This document shows, piece after piece, positions 9,448 to 20,267 of a DNA stretch of 61,818 bases (the first letter of the stretch is position 1; each line of letters opens with the position of its first letter). The translations under genes were made by a program, and so were the position numbers. The notes under the pieces are model-generated. The model was not told where the DNA came from. It ran no database searches and worked only from the letters and a program-made list of their open reading frames with translations. Source of the DNA: an uncultured Oscillospiraceae bacterium (GTDB lineage: Bacteria; Bacillota; Clostridia; Christensenellales; CAG-138). The stretch is from the NCBI GenBank assembly GCA_964642795.1, contig CAZXRQ010000003.1, positions 1-61,818 on the forward strand. Direction: 5' to 3'.

Positions 9448-10723
9448 GCAGACCAAGGAAAAGAGCTTCAAAAGCTTAATTAAGGGCTTTTTCACAAAAA
9501 ATGTGATGATCAAAATAATCTCGCTGCTGTTTGCTATGCTGCTGTGGGGTTATGTGATGATGGATCAAAATCCGAGCCGTATCAAAACGGTGTCAGATGT
9601 TGCGGTGAGCTTCGATGGCGAGGCGGATCTGCTCGCAAGGCAGCTGGTGGTTCGGGGTAACCGCGAGGAGCTGCTGGAAAGCGTATCCGCCCGTATCAGT
9701 ACGGAGCTTACCAACTATGCAGACCTTACGGCGGACAACGTACGCGCCACGATAAGCCTTAGAAACGTATCCATGCCCGGCACATACAATCTGCCTATTA
9801 CGGCCACTACGGCCAACGGTACCGTGCTTACAACCAGCCCGGACAGCGTGCAGATCGAGATAGACAGCCTGGCTACCAGAAAGATACCGGTTGAGCTGTT
9901 GTATGACGCCTCCTCGCTGCCGACGGGCTACTGGGGAGACGAGCCCACGCTCGGCCGTGCCGAGATAGAAATACAGGGCGCATCCCAGGACGTGGCCATG
10001 GTCACAAAGGCCATATGTACGCTGGATCTGTCCGAGCGCACGCAGAGCATATACGAATCCGTGGAGCTTACGCTGCTGGATGCGGACGGAAATGAAATAA
10101 GCTCGTCACTGTTTTTGAACGAGCTGCCCTCCGTTACCGTAACCATGAGCATATACCGCGCCGTTGCGCTGCCCGTTGATGTTGACGCGGTGGTGCTGGG
10201 GCAGAACAACCTGCCGGAGAATTACGAAATAATCGAGATAGTTTCGTCACCTGCGAGCGTAACGGTCGTGGGGGAGGAATCACAGCTGGAAGAATATACC
10301 GCGCTGGATATACAGCCGGTAAACGTGTCCGGGCGCACGGAGAGTCTGCTTGCGGAATTGGAGATAACCATCCCGGAAGGGCTCACGCTGCTTGGCGATT
10401 CCACGGTAAGCGTATATGTCAACATACGTCAGATACGCCAGACCATAACCTATGCAACCATACCTATAGAGATACAGGGGCTTTCACGTTCCCAGAACGG
10501 CGCGCTCAGCGCTGAGACCGTCACCGTGGTGGCCACCGGACCAATATCCATTATGAACCGCCTGCAGCGCGGCGACATAACCGCATTTGTCGATGCGAGC
10601 GCGCTGGAAAACGGCGTATATGAGCTGCCGGTCAAGATCGAGTTTTCCACAGAAGAACAGCAGCAGGGCATATACGTTGAGCTGTCGGTCGAAAACGTTA
10701 CGATAACCGTGACGGGCAACTGA
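9437..10723 (+). CDS. cdaR: CdaA regulatory protein CdaR (YbbR-domain protein)
   Basis: N-terminal TM helix followed by repeated YbbR-like beta-rich modules. The gene overlaps cdaA by 11 nt. Confidence 0.85.
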   Translation: MKTEQTKEKSFKSLIKGFFTKNVMIKIISLLFAMLLWGYVMMDQNPSRIKTVSDVAVSFDGEADLLARQLVVRGNREELLESVSARISTELTNYADLTADNVRATISLRNVSMPGTYNLPITATTANGTVLTTSPDSVQIEIDSLATRKIPVELLYDASSLPTGYWGDEPTLGRAEIEIQGASQDVAMVTKAICTLDLSERTQSIYESVELTLLDADGNEISSSLFLNELPSVTVTMSIYRAVALPVDVDAVVLGQNNLPENYEIIEIVSSPASVTVVGEESQLEEYTALDIQPVNVSGRTESLLAELEITIPEGLTLLGDSTVSVYVNIRQIRQTITYATIPIEIQGLSRSQNGALSAETVTVVATGPISIMNRLQRGDITAFVDASALENGVYELPVKIEFSTEEQQQGIYVELSVENVTITVTGN

Positions 10724-10737
10724 CGGAGGGCGCGGCA

Positions 10738-12345
10738 TTGGCGCTGACGGTAGACAACATAAAACTCAACCTTAACGAAGACGAATCCTCGCTGACACAA
10801 AAGGCGGCGGGGATTCTTGGAGTAGACGCGCAGGATATAGCGGCCCTGCGTGTAGTTCGCATGGCGCTGGACGCCCGGAGGAAGCAGGATATACATCATC
10901 TGTGCACCGTGCTCGTGGAGCTTACTGGCGGCGAGACGCGTGCGCTTTCCCATGCAAAAAGCGGCCATTCGGTGCGGCGTGTGACGCAGAATACGCCGGA
11001 GGAGCCCCGCGTGGGCAACGCTCCGCTTACTGCGCCGGTAGTAGTGGCAGGGCTGGGACCGGCGGGATTGTTTGCAGCATATACGCTTGCGCGGTACGGC
11101 TATAAGCCCATAGTGCTTGAACGCGGACGGGACGGCGACCGCCGCGCAAGCGATGTAGTGCGCTTTATGCAGAGCGGCGTGTTGGATGAGAATAGCAACG
11201 TCATGTTTGGCGAGGGCGGTGCGGGCGCATTTTCCGACGGAAAACTGACCACCCGCATAAAGGACGTTAGGGCAAATGAGGTGCTGCGGCTGCTCGTGCA
11301 TTTTGGCGCGCCGGAGGAGATAACAGTAATGGCTAAGCCGCACATCGGCACAGATAAGCTGTGCGGTGTGGTAAAGCGTATGCGGGAGGAAATATGCGCT
11401 CTTGGCGGCACGGTGCTATTTGAAACGCAGCTCTGCGGCCTGCATACAGAGGATGGCAGACTTACCGCCGTAAACGTGCGTAATAACGGCAATGTTGAAA
11501 GACTAGAGTGCACCGCCTGCGTGCTGGCCACCGGGCAGGGCGCGCGGGATACCTACTCCATGCTCTGTGCAAACGGGATGGCGCTTGCGCCCAAGCCGTT
11601 TGCGGTGGGTGTGCGCATAGAGCATCCGCGCACCGCGATAGACGCGGCACAGTTTGGAGCGATGGCCGGGCATCCACGGCTGGGTGCGGCGGAATACCGC
11701 CTTGCGGACAGCGTGAATGGGCGGGGAGTATATACTTTTTGTATGTGCCCCGGCGGCGTGGTGATAGAGAGTGCCTGCGCGCAGGAAGAATTAGCCGTTA
11801 ACGGCATGAGCCGCCATGCGCGAAATGATGAAAACTCCAACGCTGCAATAGTGGTACAGGTGGCCCCGTGCGATTTTGGCGAAGGCCCACTAGACGGTAT
11901 GCGCTTCCAACAGGCGCTGGAACGCGAAGCCTTCCGGCAAGGCGGAGGCGGCTATTTTGCGCCGGCTCAACGCAGCGCGGACTTTATGTCGGGCGTAAAC
12001 TCCGGGAGCTTGGGCAGCGTATCCGCTACGCATCTGCCTGGCGTCAACGTATGCTCGCTGGATTTCCTGCCGGATTTTGTGTGCGCAGGCGTGCGCGGCG
12101 CGATAACCGCATTTGGCCATAAACTCAAGGGGTTTGACATGGGCGATGCAGTGATAACCGCTGTGGAGAGCCGTACCAGCTCGCCGGTGCGCATACTGAG
12201 GGACGCGGACGGCTCCGCATTGAATGCAAAGGGATTGTATCCGGCGGGCGAAGGCGCGGGCTATGCTGGCGGCATAGTGAGTGCGGCGGTGGACGGGATG
12301 CACGCAGCGGAGCGAATAGTAGAGCTGTATGCGCCTCCGCGATAA
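10738..12345 (+). CDS. FAD-dependent oxidoreductase (COG2509-like uncharacterised dehydrogenase)
   Basis: Rossmann motif VVVAGLGPAGLFAAYTLARYG. TTG start lies 7 nt after GGAGGG. Confidence 0.7.
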   Translation: MALTVDNIKLNLNEDESSLTQKAAGILGVDAQDIAALRVVRMALDARRKQDIHHLCTVLVELTGGETRALSHAKSGHSVRRVTQNTPEEPRVGNAPLTAPVVVAGLGPAGLFAAYTLARYGYKPIVLERGRDGDRRASDVVRFMQSGVLDENSNVMFGEGGAGAFSDGKLTTRIKDVRANEVLRLLVHFGAPEEITVMAKPHIGTDKLCGVVKRMREEICALGGTVLFETQLCGLHTEDGRLTAVNVRNNGNVERLECTACVLATGQGARDTYSMLCANGMALAPKPFAVGVRIEHPRTAIDAAQFGAMAGHPRLGAAEYRLADSVNGRGVYTFCMCPGGVVIESACAQEELAVNGMSRHARNDENSNAAIVVQVAPCDFGEGPLDGMRFQQALEREAFRQGGGGYFAPAQRSADFMSGVNSGSLGSVSATHLPGVNVCSLDFLPDFVCAGVRGAITAFGHKLKGFDMGDAVITAVESRTSSPVRILRDADGSALNAKGLYPAGEGAGYAGGIVSAAVDGMHAAERIVELYAPPR

Positions 12346-12371
12346 AAGGGCTGTTTAACGGCGGCGGCTTG

Positions 12372-12380
12372 TGGTAAAAT
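12372..12380 (+). promoter_or_regulatory. extended -10 abutting the start codon (leaderless candidate)
   Basis: TGgTAAAAT, then 7 nt, then ATG 12388. No SD is present. Confidence 0.45.
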
Positions 12381-12387
12381 AAACTCT

Positions 12388-13392
12388 ATGAAAAGAAAAA
12401 ATGGGCTTATAAACGGAATATTCCTGATTACTGCTCTCGCCGCATTGTGCTGTGCGGCGCTTTCGGCATGTAGCGGCGATATGTTGCCGGACGATCAGAT
12501 AGACATTGCAGATACTGTGGATGGCGAAGGAATAGTCAGCGCAGAGGGGCTTATAGATTTCATTGAAAACGGCGATACGGACACGGCCACGCTGCTTGCC
12601 CCCATTGATCTTGGCAACGAGATGCTGCGGCTTACCGCACAGCGTGGAGCGGTGATCATAAACGGCAGCGAATATAACATAACCGGCAGCGGGGACTGCG
12701 TGCTGCGCATGGAGGACGGCTGCACCGTTACGCTCAACGACGTTACGATCGACGGGCACGACGACGGCATAGGCTGCCTTGGTGATGCGGTTGTAGGCGG
12801 CGAAAACTGTATAGTGATAGCTGACGGCAATGCGCTGGTATCGCCCGGTACGGTGACCGTAAGCGCGGGCAGTACGCTGACGCTTACAGCACAGGCGGGC
12901 TGCGGCATAACCGCGAAGACGCTTACGCTGGCGAATGGCGCCCGCGTGGCTACAAACGCAGTGCTTAATGCCGTAATAACGACCAACGGAGATCTTACGC
13001 TGATGGAAAACGCCGCGCTCAGCGCGTATACGGAAACAAACTATAATGCCGTAAAATGCGTGGGCGTGCTCGTTATGAAGCCGGGCTCCTCGTTTACGGC
13101 GGAGAACGGCGGCGATTATCACGGCGCGGAGCTGGAACGGGTATGTATAGAGGGCATGGTGACCGTGCGCGCTGCCGGCGGCAGCAAGGGCATGGGCATG
13201 TTCATATTTACACAGAATGAGGATATATGCGTGGTGGGTGAATGTACGCCGGAGCCCCAGTATGAAAGCGGGTTGGGCAGTATAACATTCGTTTCGGACG
13301 CCGCCGCGTACGATGAATGGACGGCTGCGCAGGCGGCACAGGCCGAGCCGGATTCCGGTGACGCGGAAAATGATGAGGAGGATGCGGGTTGA
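12388..13392 (+). CDS. secreted lipoprotein, beta-helix-like repeats, acidic C-terminus
   Basis: Lipobox AALSAC. Repetitive G/T/V/N-rich segments are followed by the tail AEPDSGDAENDEEDAG. Confidence 0.65.
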   Translation: MKRKNGLINGIFLITALAALCCAALSACSGDMLPDDQIDIADTVDGEGIVSAEGLIDFIENGDTDTATLLAPIDLGNEMLRLTAQRGAVIINGSEYNITGSGDCVLRMEDGCTVTLNDVTIDGHDDGIGCLGDAVVGGENCIVIADGNALVSPGTVTVSAGSTLTLTAQAGCGITAKTLTLANGARVATNAVLNAVITTNGDLTLMENAALSAYTETNYNAVKCVGVLVMKPGSSFTAENGGDYHGAELERVCIEGMVTVRAAGGSKGMGMFIFTQNEDICVVGECTPEPQYESGLGSITFVSDAAAYDEWTAAQAAQAEPDSGDAENDEEDAG

Positions 13393-13393
13393 T

Positions 13394-13492
13394 ATGAAAA
13401 GAAAGCATAGAGTGCTCAGCCTTCTGCTTGCGCTGCTGTTTGTGGCCGGCACGGTGTTTACGATAGTTTTTGCGCTTGTATACTACTATTGA
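13394..13492 (+). CDS. 32-aa single-TM micro-ORF
   Basis: The ATG lies 1 nt after the upstream TGA. Product: MKRKHRVLSLLLALLFVAGTVFTIVFALVYYY. Confidence 0.35.
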   Translation: MKRKHRVLSLLLALLFVAGTVFTIVFALVYYY

Positions 13493-13525
13493 TTTTTAGT
13501 AAAGCGGATAACGGAGGTTTGAATT

Positions 13526-14539
13526 ATGGAATACATACTTAATAAACTGCGCGAGCTCATGGCTATACCCAGCCCCAGCGGCTTTACCCGCGAGGCTGCG
13601 GAGTATGCCGTTGCCTGCTTTGGAGAGCTTGGCTTTGACGCCGGGATCACCAAAAAGGGCTGCGTAATAGCGGATCTTGGCGGCGAGGGCGATCCGCTCA
13701 TGCTTGCTGCGCATATAGATACGCTGGGCGGCATGGTAGCGGAGATAAAGGAAAACGGACGGCTGAAGCTTACCAGGGTGGGAGGCCTTCAGCCCAACAA
13801 TATTGAAACCGAGAATTGCGTAATACATACCCGCTTTGGCAGCACATTTACGGGCTGTATGCAGCTGAATGACCCTTCCGTGCATGTAAACGATAAATAT
13901 GCCAAGACCGAAAGGGCTTTTGACGGCATGGAGGTCGTGATAGACGAGAATGTCTCCAAACCGGAGGATACCCAGGCGCTGGGTATTTCCGTGGGGGATT
14001 ATGTCTGCTTCGATCCGCGTCTGACAGTGACGGATACCGGCTATATAAAAAGCCGTTTTTTGGATGATAAGCTAAGTGCGGCTACGCTTTTGGGGTTTGC
14101 CAAGTATATCGCGGACAATAGTATTGCTCTGAAACGTAAGCTGTACGTTTACTTTACCGTATACGAGGAGGTCGGGCACGGCTGCTCGGCGCTGCCAGTG
14201 GATATAAACGAAATGCTCTGCGTGGATATGGGCTGCGTTGGCAAAGGACTTACCTGCGACGAGCGCATGGTAAGCATATGCGCTAAGGATTCCGGCGGCC
14301 CGTACAACTACGAGATGACTACGCAGCTTATACGTCTTGCCAAGGATAAGGGGATAGACTATGCGGTGGACGTTTACCCGTTTTACGGCTCGGATGCGGA
14401 GGCGTCGCTTGCGGCGGGGTACGATATACGCCATGCACTGATAGGCGCGGGCGTGTATGCATCGCACGGGTACGAGCGCAGCCATGTGGACGGCGTGAGG
14501 AATACGCTTGAGCTAATAAAGGCATATGCGCTCGAATAA
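13526..14539 (+). CDS. M42 family metallopeptidase (aminopeptidase/endoglucanase-like)
   Basis: LMAIPSPSGFTREAAEY...LMLAAHIDTLG is an M42-type N-terminus. RBS GGAGG is present. Confidence 0.8.
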   Translation: MEYILNKLRELMAIPSPSGFTREAAEYAVACFGELGFDAGITKKGCVIADLGGEGDPLMLAAHIDTLGGMVAEIKENGRLKLTRVGGLQPNNIETENCVIHTRFGSTFTGCMQLNDPSVHVNDKYAKTERAFDGMEVVIDENVSKPEDTQALGISVGDYVCFDPRLTVTDTGYIKSRFLDDKLSAATLLGFAKYIADNSIALKRKLYVYFTVYEEVGHGCSALPVDINEMLCVDMGCVGKGLTCDERMVSICAKDSGGPYNYEMTTQLIRLAKDKGIDYAVDVYPFYGSDAEASLAAGYDIRHALIGAGVYASHGYERSHVDGVRNTLELIKAYALE

Positions 14540-14558
14540 TATATAGTTGGCGCAGCGC

Positions 14559-14587
14559 TTGCCAAATATTAACGGCAGGAGTATAAT
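14559..14587 (+). promoter_or_regulatory. sigma-A promoter
   Basis: TTGCCA, 17 nt, then TATAAT. Confidence 0.6.
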
Positions 14588-14633
14588 ACCGAATGGATTT
14601 AGGTTCAATTATTTACAAGGAGGTCGTGACAGA

Positions 14634-14690
14634 ATGGTCAGCGTTGCAATCAAGTATCGTAAATATGCACGGCCTGCTTATGCGGTATAA
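14634..14690 (+). CDS. 18-codon leader peptide ORF
   Basis: AAGGAGG (14617-14623) lies 10 nt upstream. The product is MVSVAIKYRKYARPAYAV. The ORF overlaps alternative RNA pairings with the downstream terminator. Confidence 0.5.
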   Translation: MVSVAIKYRKYARPAYAV

Positions 14691-14721
14691 TCACACCGCA
14701 AACGTTTTATTGTGAAAACAG

Positions 14722-14753
14722 GGCCGTGGACATTATGAATCCATGGCCTTTTT
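14722..14753 (+). terminator. attenuator terminator in the ABC exporter leader
   Basis: GGCCGTGGA, 9-nt loop, TCCATGGCC, then TTTTT. It ends 33 nt before the exporter ATG. Confidence 0.65.
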
Positions 14754-14785
14754 AGACTGCGAAAATAACCCTTTGGAGGGAACTG

Positions 14786-16626
<1,841 letters not shown>

Positions 16627-16630
<4 letters not shown>

Positions 16631-18450
16631 GCGCCATTGAGGAACAGAGCTACGACCAAAAGGTCGATTTGAAGATATGGAAGCGGCTGATTCGCTACGC
16701 ATGGAACTATAAACGCAGTGTTATCGCGCTGGTTGCAGTACTTGTGATGGTGGCGCTGGTGGATATTGTTTACCCGCTGATGAGCCGCTACGCCATAGAT
16801 AACTTCATAGAAAAGAGCAGCATGGACGGCATGGGCTGGTTTTGCGCGCTGTACATCGCGTTTGTTGCGCTGCAGTCGTCCGGAGTGTATCTGTTCGTTA
16901 AGCTCGCGGGCAGGCTGGAGATGAACGTTTCCTACGACATCCGCCAGGACGCCTTTAAAAAGCTTCAGGAGCTGTCCTTCTCGTTCTACGACAAGACTGC
17001 CGTTGGCTATCTGATGGCGCGCATGGTAAGCGATATCGCCCGCCTGTCCGAGATGATAGCCTGGAGCATAGTGGATCTAATGTGGGCGCTTGCATATGTT
17101 GTGGGCGTTATAGTCGCCATGATGGTGCTGGATTTCGGCCTTGCCATGCTTGTGCTGGTGGTGATACCTCCGCTGGCTGTGATAAGTGTGTTCTTTCAAA
17201 AACGCATACTCAAATACCAGCGCATAGTAAGGAAGACCAACTCCAAAATAACCGGCTCCTTCAACGAGGGGATAATGGGCGCGATGACCAGCAAGACCCT
17301 TGTGCGCGAGAACGCCAACACCAAGGAGTTTACCGTGCTCACGGGCGAGATGCGACGTGCCAGCGTGCGCGCGGCAATGCTCTCAGCACTTTTCATGCCC
17401 ATAGTGATGTTTTTGGGCAGTATCGGCACAGGGCTTGCACTGTACCGCGGCGGCTATGAGGTGATATTCCTGGGCGCCAGCTTCGGTACGCTGTCCGCGT
17501 TTATCAGCTATACCGCTAACTTTTTCGAGCCGATACAGCAGCTTGCGGGTATACTGGCGGAGATGCAGAGCGCGCAGGCCAGCGCCGAGCGGGTGATACA
17601 TCTTATCGACACCCCGTGCGAGATAGTCGACTCTCCCGAGGTGATAGAAAAATACGGCGACGCATTTTCGCCCAAGCGTGAAAACTGGGAGGATATAACC
17701 GGCGCGGTGGAGTTTACGCACGTTTCTTTCGGTTATGCCGGCGGTGAAAAGGTGCTGGAGGATTTTTGCCTTAAGGTGCGACCCGGCGAGAATATCGCGC
17801 TTGTGGGCGAGACCGGCGCGGGGAAGTCCACTATTGTGAACCTCGTATGCCGCTTTTACGAGCCTACGTCGGGCGAGATACTCATCGACGGCGTGGACTA
17901 CCGCAAGCGCAGCCAGCTTTGGCTTCAGGACAGGCTGGGCTACGTGCTGCAAACGCCGCATCTGTTCTCCGGCAGTATAAGAGACAACATCCGCTACGGC
18001 CGAAAGGACGCTACGGACGAGGATGTGCGCGCCGCAGCGCGCATGGTGCACGCGGAGGAGTTCATACTCAAGCAGGAGCACGGCTACGATACCGAGGTGG
18101 GCGAGGGCGGCGCAAGGCTATCCACCGGTGAAAAACAGCTGGTATCCTTTGCCCGGGTAATATTGAAGAATCCGCGCATATTCGTGCTGGACGAGGCGAC
18201 CAGCAGCGTGGATACCGAGACCGAGCAGCTTGTGCAGCACGCCATAACCACCGTGCTTAACAACCGCACCAGCTTCATAGTGGCGCACAGGCTTTCCACC
18301 ATACGCAATGCGGACAGGATACTCGTTATACGCGACGGTCACATAACCGAAGCCGGCACGCATACGGAGCTGCTCAAGCAGAAGGGCTACTACTACGACC
18401 TGTATACCACGCAGTTCCGCGAGGAGGCAAGCGATAGCATATTGCAGTAA
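16627..18450 (+). CDS. ABC exporter permease/ATPase, subunit with deviant signature motif
   Basis: Motifs GETGAGKST, LSTGEKQ (deviant LSGGQ) and IFVLDEATS. ATGA overlap with the upstream subunit. Confidence 0.9.
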
Positions 18451-18462
18451 TTAGGCGTGATA

Positions 18463-18489
18463 ACGGGGGCGACGCAAGCTCCCGTTTTT
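18463..18489 (+). terminator. rho-independent terminator
   Basis: ACGGGGGC, 7-nt loop, GCTCCCGT, then TTTT. Confidence 0.65.
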
Positions 18490-18497
18490 GTTATAAT
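18489..18497 (+). promoter_or_regulatory. extended -10 abutting the start codon (leaderless candidate)
   Basis: TGtTATAAT, then 6 nt, then ATG 18504. No SD is present. Confidence 0.45.
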
Positions 18498-18503
18498 AGT
18501 AAT

Positions 18504-19799
18504 ATGAAAGATCTACCTGACAGCTTTATACGGCGCATAAAGGCACAGCTTGGGGAGGAGGGCTTTTCCGCTTTTATAGCGGAATACGAAAAACCGCCCG
18601 TGCGCGGCCTGCGCGTAAACACGCTTAAAACTACGGTTGCCGGCTTTGCGGCCGCTTCGCCTTGGCCGCTTAAGCCGTCGCCGCTGCTGGACGAGGGCTT
18701 TGTGCTGGCTGGCGATCCTTTGCACGTTGGCGCGCATCCGTACCATGCGGCGGGGTTGTTCTATATGCAGGAGCCTTCCGCGATGAGCGTTATAGCGGCT
18801 GCGGGGATATCGACAGCACCTGAGCTGCGCGTACTGGATATGTGCGCGGCTCCCGGCGGCAAGGCGGGCGGCGTAGCCGCGCGCATGGCGGGGCAGGGAC
18901 TGCTTATCGCAAACGAGATAGTTCCAAACCGGGCGCGCACGCTTGCGTATACGCTGGAGCGGCTGGGCGTTGCAAACGCCGCCGTCACATGCGCGTACCC
19001 GGATGATATCGCCAAGGCCTTGCCGGATTATTTCGACGTGGTGCTGGTGGATGCACCGTGCAGCGGCGAGGGCATGTTCAGAAAGGACGATACAGCCGTT
19101 TCCGAATGGTCACAGGCGCATGTGAAGGCTTGCGCGCAGCGGCAGCTCGCCATACTGGAAAGCGCATATACCTGTGTTGCCGGCGGCGGGCGGCTTGTAT
19201 ATTCCACCTGCACGTTTTCCACGGATGAGAATGAGGGCGTGGTAGAGACGTTTTTACTGGCCCATGCGGACATGCGTATTGAGCATATGCAAAGGCTTTG
19301 GCCGCATACCTGTGCAGGAGAGGGGCATTTTATAGCGGTGCTGCAAAAACGGGACGGCGTGCGTAAGGACTATCACGAGCTTGCGCTTACCCCGTGCAGA
19401 AACGGCGCATATGTGGAGTTTTGCGATAAAAACCTTGTGGCTGTGCCGGCTGCATACGAGCTGCCGGGCGGACGCGTGCTGTGTGCGGCGGGACTGCCGG
19501 CGCCGCTTTCCGCATTGCATATATGGTGTGCCGGTACAAACATGGGCGAGCTTGTGCGTGGCCGGTTTATACCCGCCCATGCGCTGGCGCTGAGGGCAGA
19601 GCAGCTGATGGCGAACATGGTCACATTGGATGCGGAGGATGCGCGGCTTTCGGCGTTCCTGCGCGGCGAGAGTATCCCATGCGATACCCGAAACGGCTGG
19701 TGTGCGGTTTCGGTGGAGGGCCATGCGCTGGGTTTGGGCAAGGCGGTGGACGGGGTAATAAAAAACCATATTCCCAAGGGGCTGCGCGTGAGCGCTTGA
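18504..19799 (+). CDS. RsmB/RsmF-family rRNA cytosine-C5 methyltransferase
   Basis: Motifs DMCAAPGGK (SAM binding), DAPCSGEG and YSTCT (catalytic Cys). Confidence 0.85.
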   Translation: MKDLPDSFIRRIKAQLGEEGFSAFIAEYEKPPVRGLRVNTLKTTVAGFAAASPWPLKPSPLLDEGFVLAGDPLHVGAHPYHAAGLFYMQEPSAMSVIAAAGISTAPELRVLDMCAAPGGKAGGVAARMAGQGLLIANEIVPNRARTLAYTLERLGVANAAVTCAYPDDIAKALPDYFDVVLVDAPCSGEGMFRKDDTAVSEWSQAHVKACAQRQLAILESAYTCVAGGGRLVYSTCTFSTDENEGVVETFLLAHADMRIEHMQRLWPHTCAGEGHFIAVLQKRDGVRKDYHELALTPCRNGAYVEFCDKNLVAVPAAYELPGGRVLCAAGLPAPLSALHIWCAGTNMGELVRGRFIPAHALALRAEQLMANMVTLDAEDARLSAFLRGESIPCDTRNGWCAVSVEGHALGLGKAVDGVIKNHIPKGLRVSA

Positions 19800-19859
19800 T
19801 GTGGATTTTTGCCTGCGCTTGTGTTATGCTGTTGCACAAGGGAGTATAGGAGGTATTAA

Positions 19860-20186
19860 ATGGAATATTCAACAGTCTTTTCTCAGCAGGATATAAATGA
19901 AAACAAGGCCGTAGCGGCGCTTGCAAATATACCGGTGCTGTTTTGGTTGCCTCTGGTCGCCGCCAAAGGCTCGCCCATGGGCATGTTCTACTGTAACCAG
20001 GGATTTTGGCTGCTTATAGCAAGCGTTGTGGCAAGTATGCTTAGCTATGTGCCGTTGATAGGCTGGATAGCCGGCTTTGCGCTGTGGGTGGCCGTTGTGG
20101 TGTTTGCAATACTGGGTATTGCCGCCGCATGGCAGGGCAAGGCGCGCGAGGTGCCGGTGCTGGGCAAGACCGTGGTGTTCAAATAG
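19860..20186 (+). CDS. small integral membrane protein
   Basis: RBS AGGAGG. Three hydrophobic segments are present. Confidence 0.6.
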   Translation: MEYSTVFSQQDINENKAVAALANIPVLFWLPLVAAKGSPMGMFYCNQGFWLLIASVVASMLSYVPLIGWIAGFALWVAVVVFAILGIAAAWQGKAREVPVLGKTVVFK

Positions 20187-20213
20187 AATAAAGCGCTGAT
20201 AAGCAATTGTAAA

Positions 20214-20241
20214 GCGGCGGCCTGCTGGTGCAGACCGCCGC
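20214..20241. terminator. hairpin between convergent genes
   Basis: GCGGCGG...CCGCCGC with inner CTGC/GCAG pairing. The T-runs are weak. Confidence 0.45.
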
Positions 20242-20267
20242 AATTCATTTACAGGAGACATGCATCA

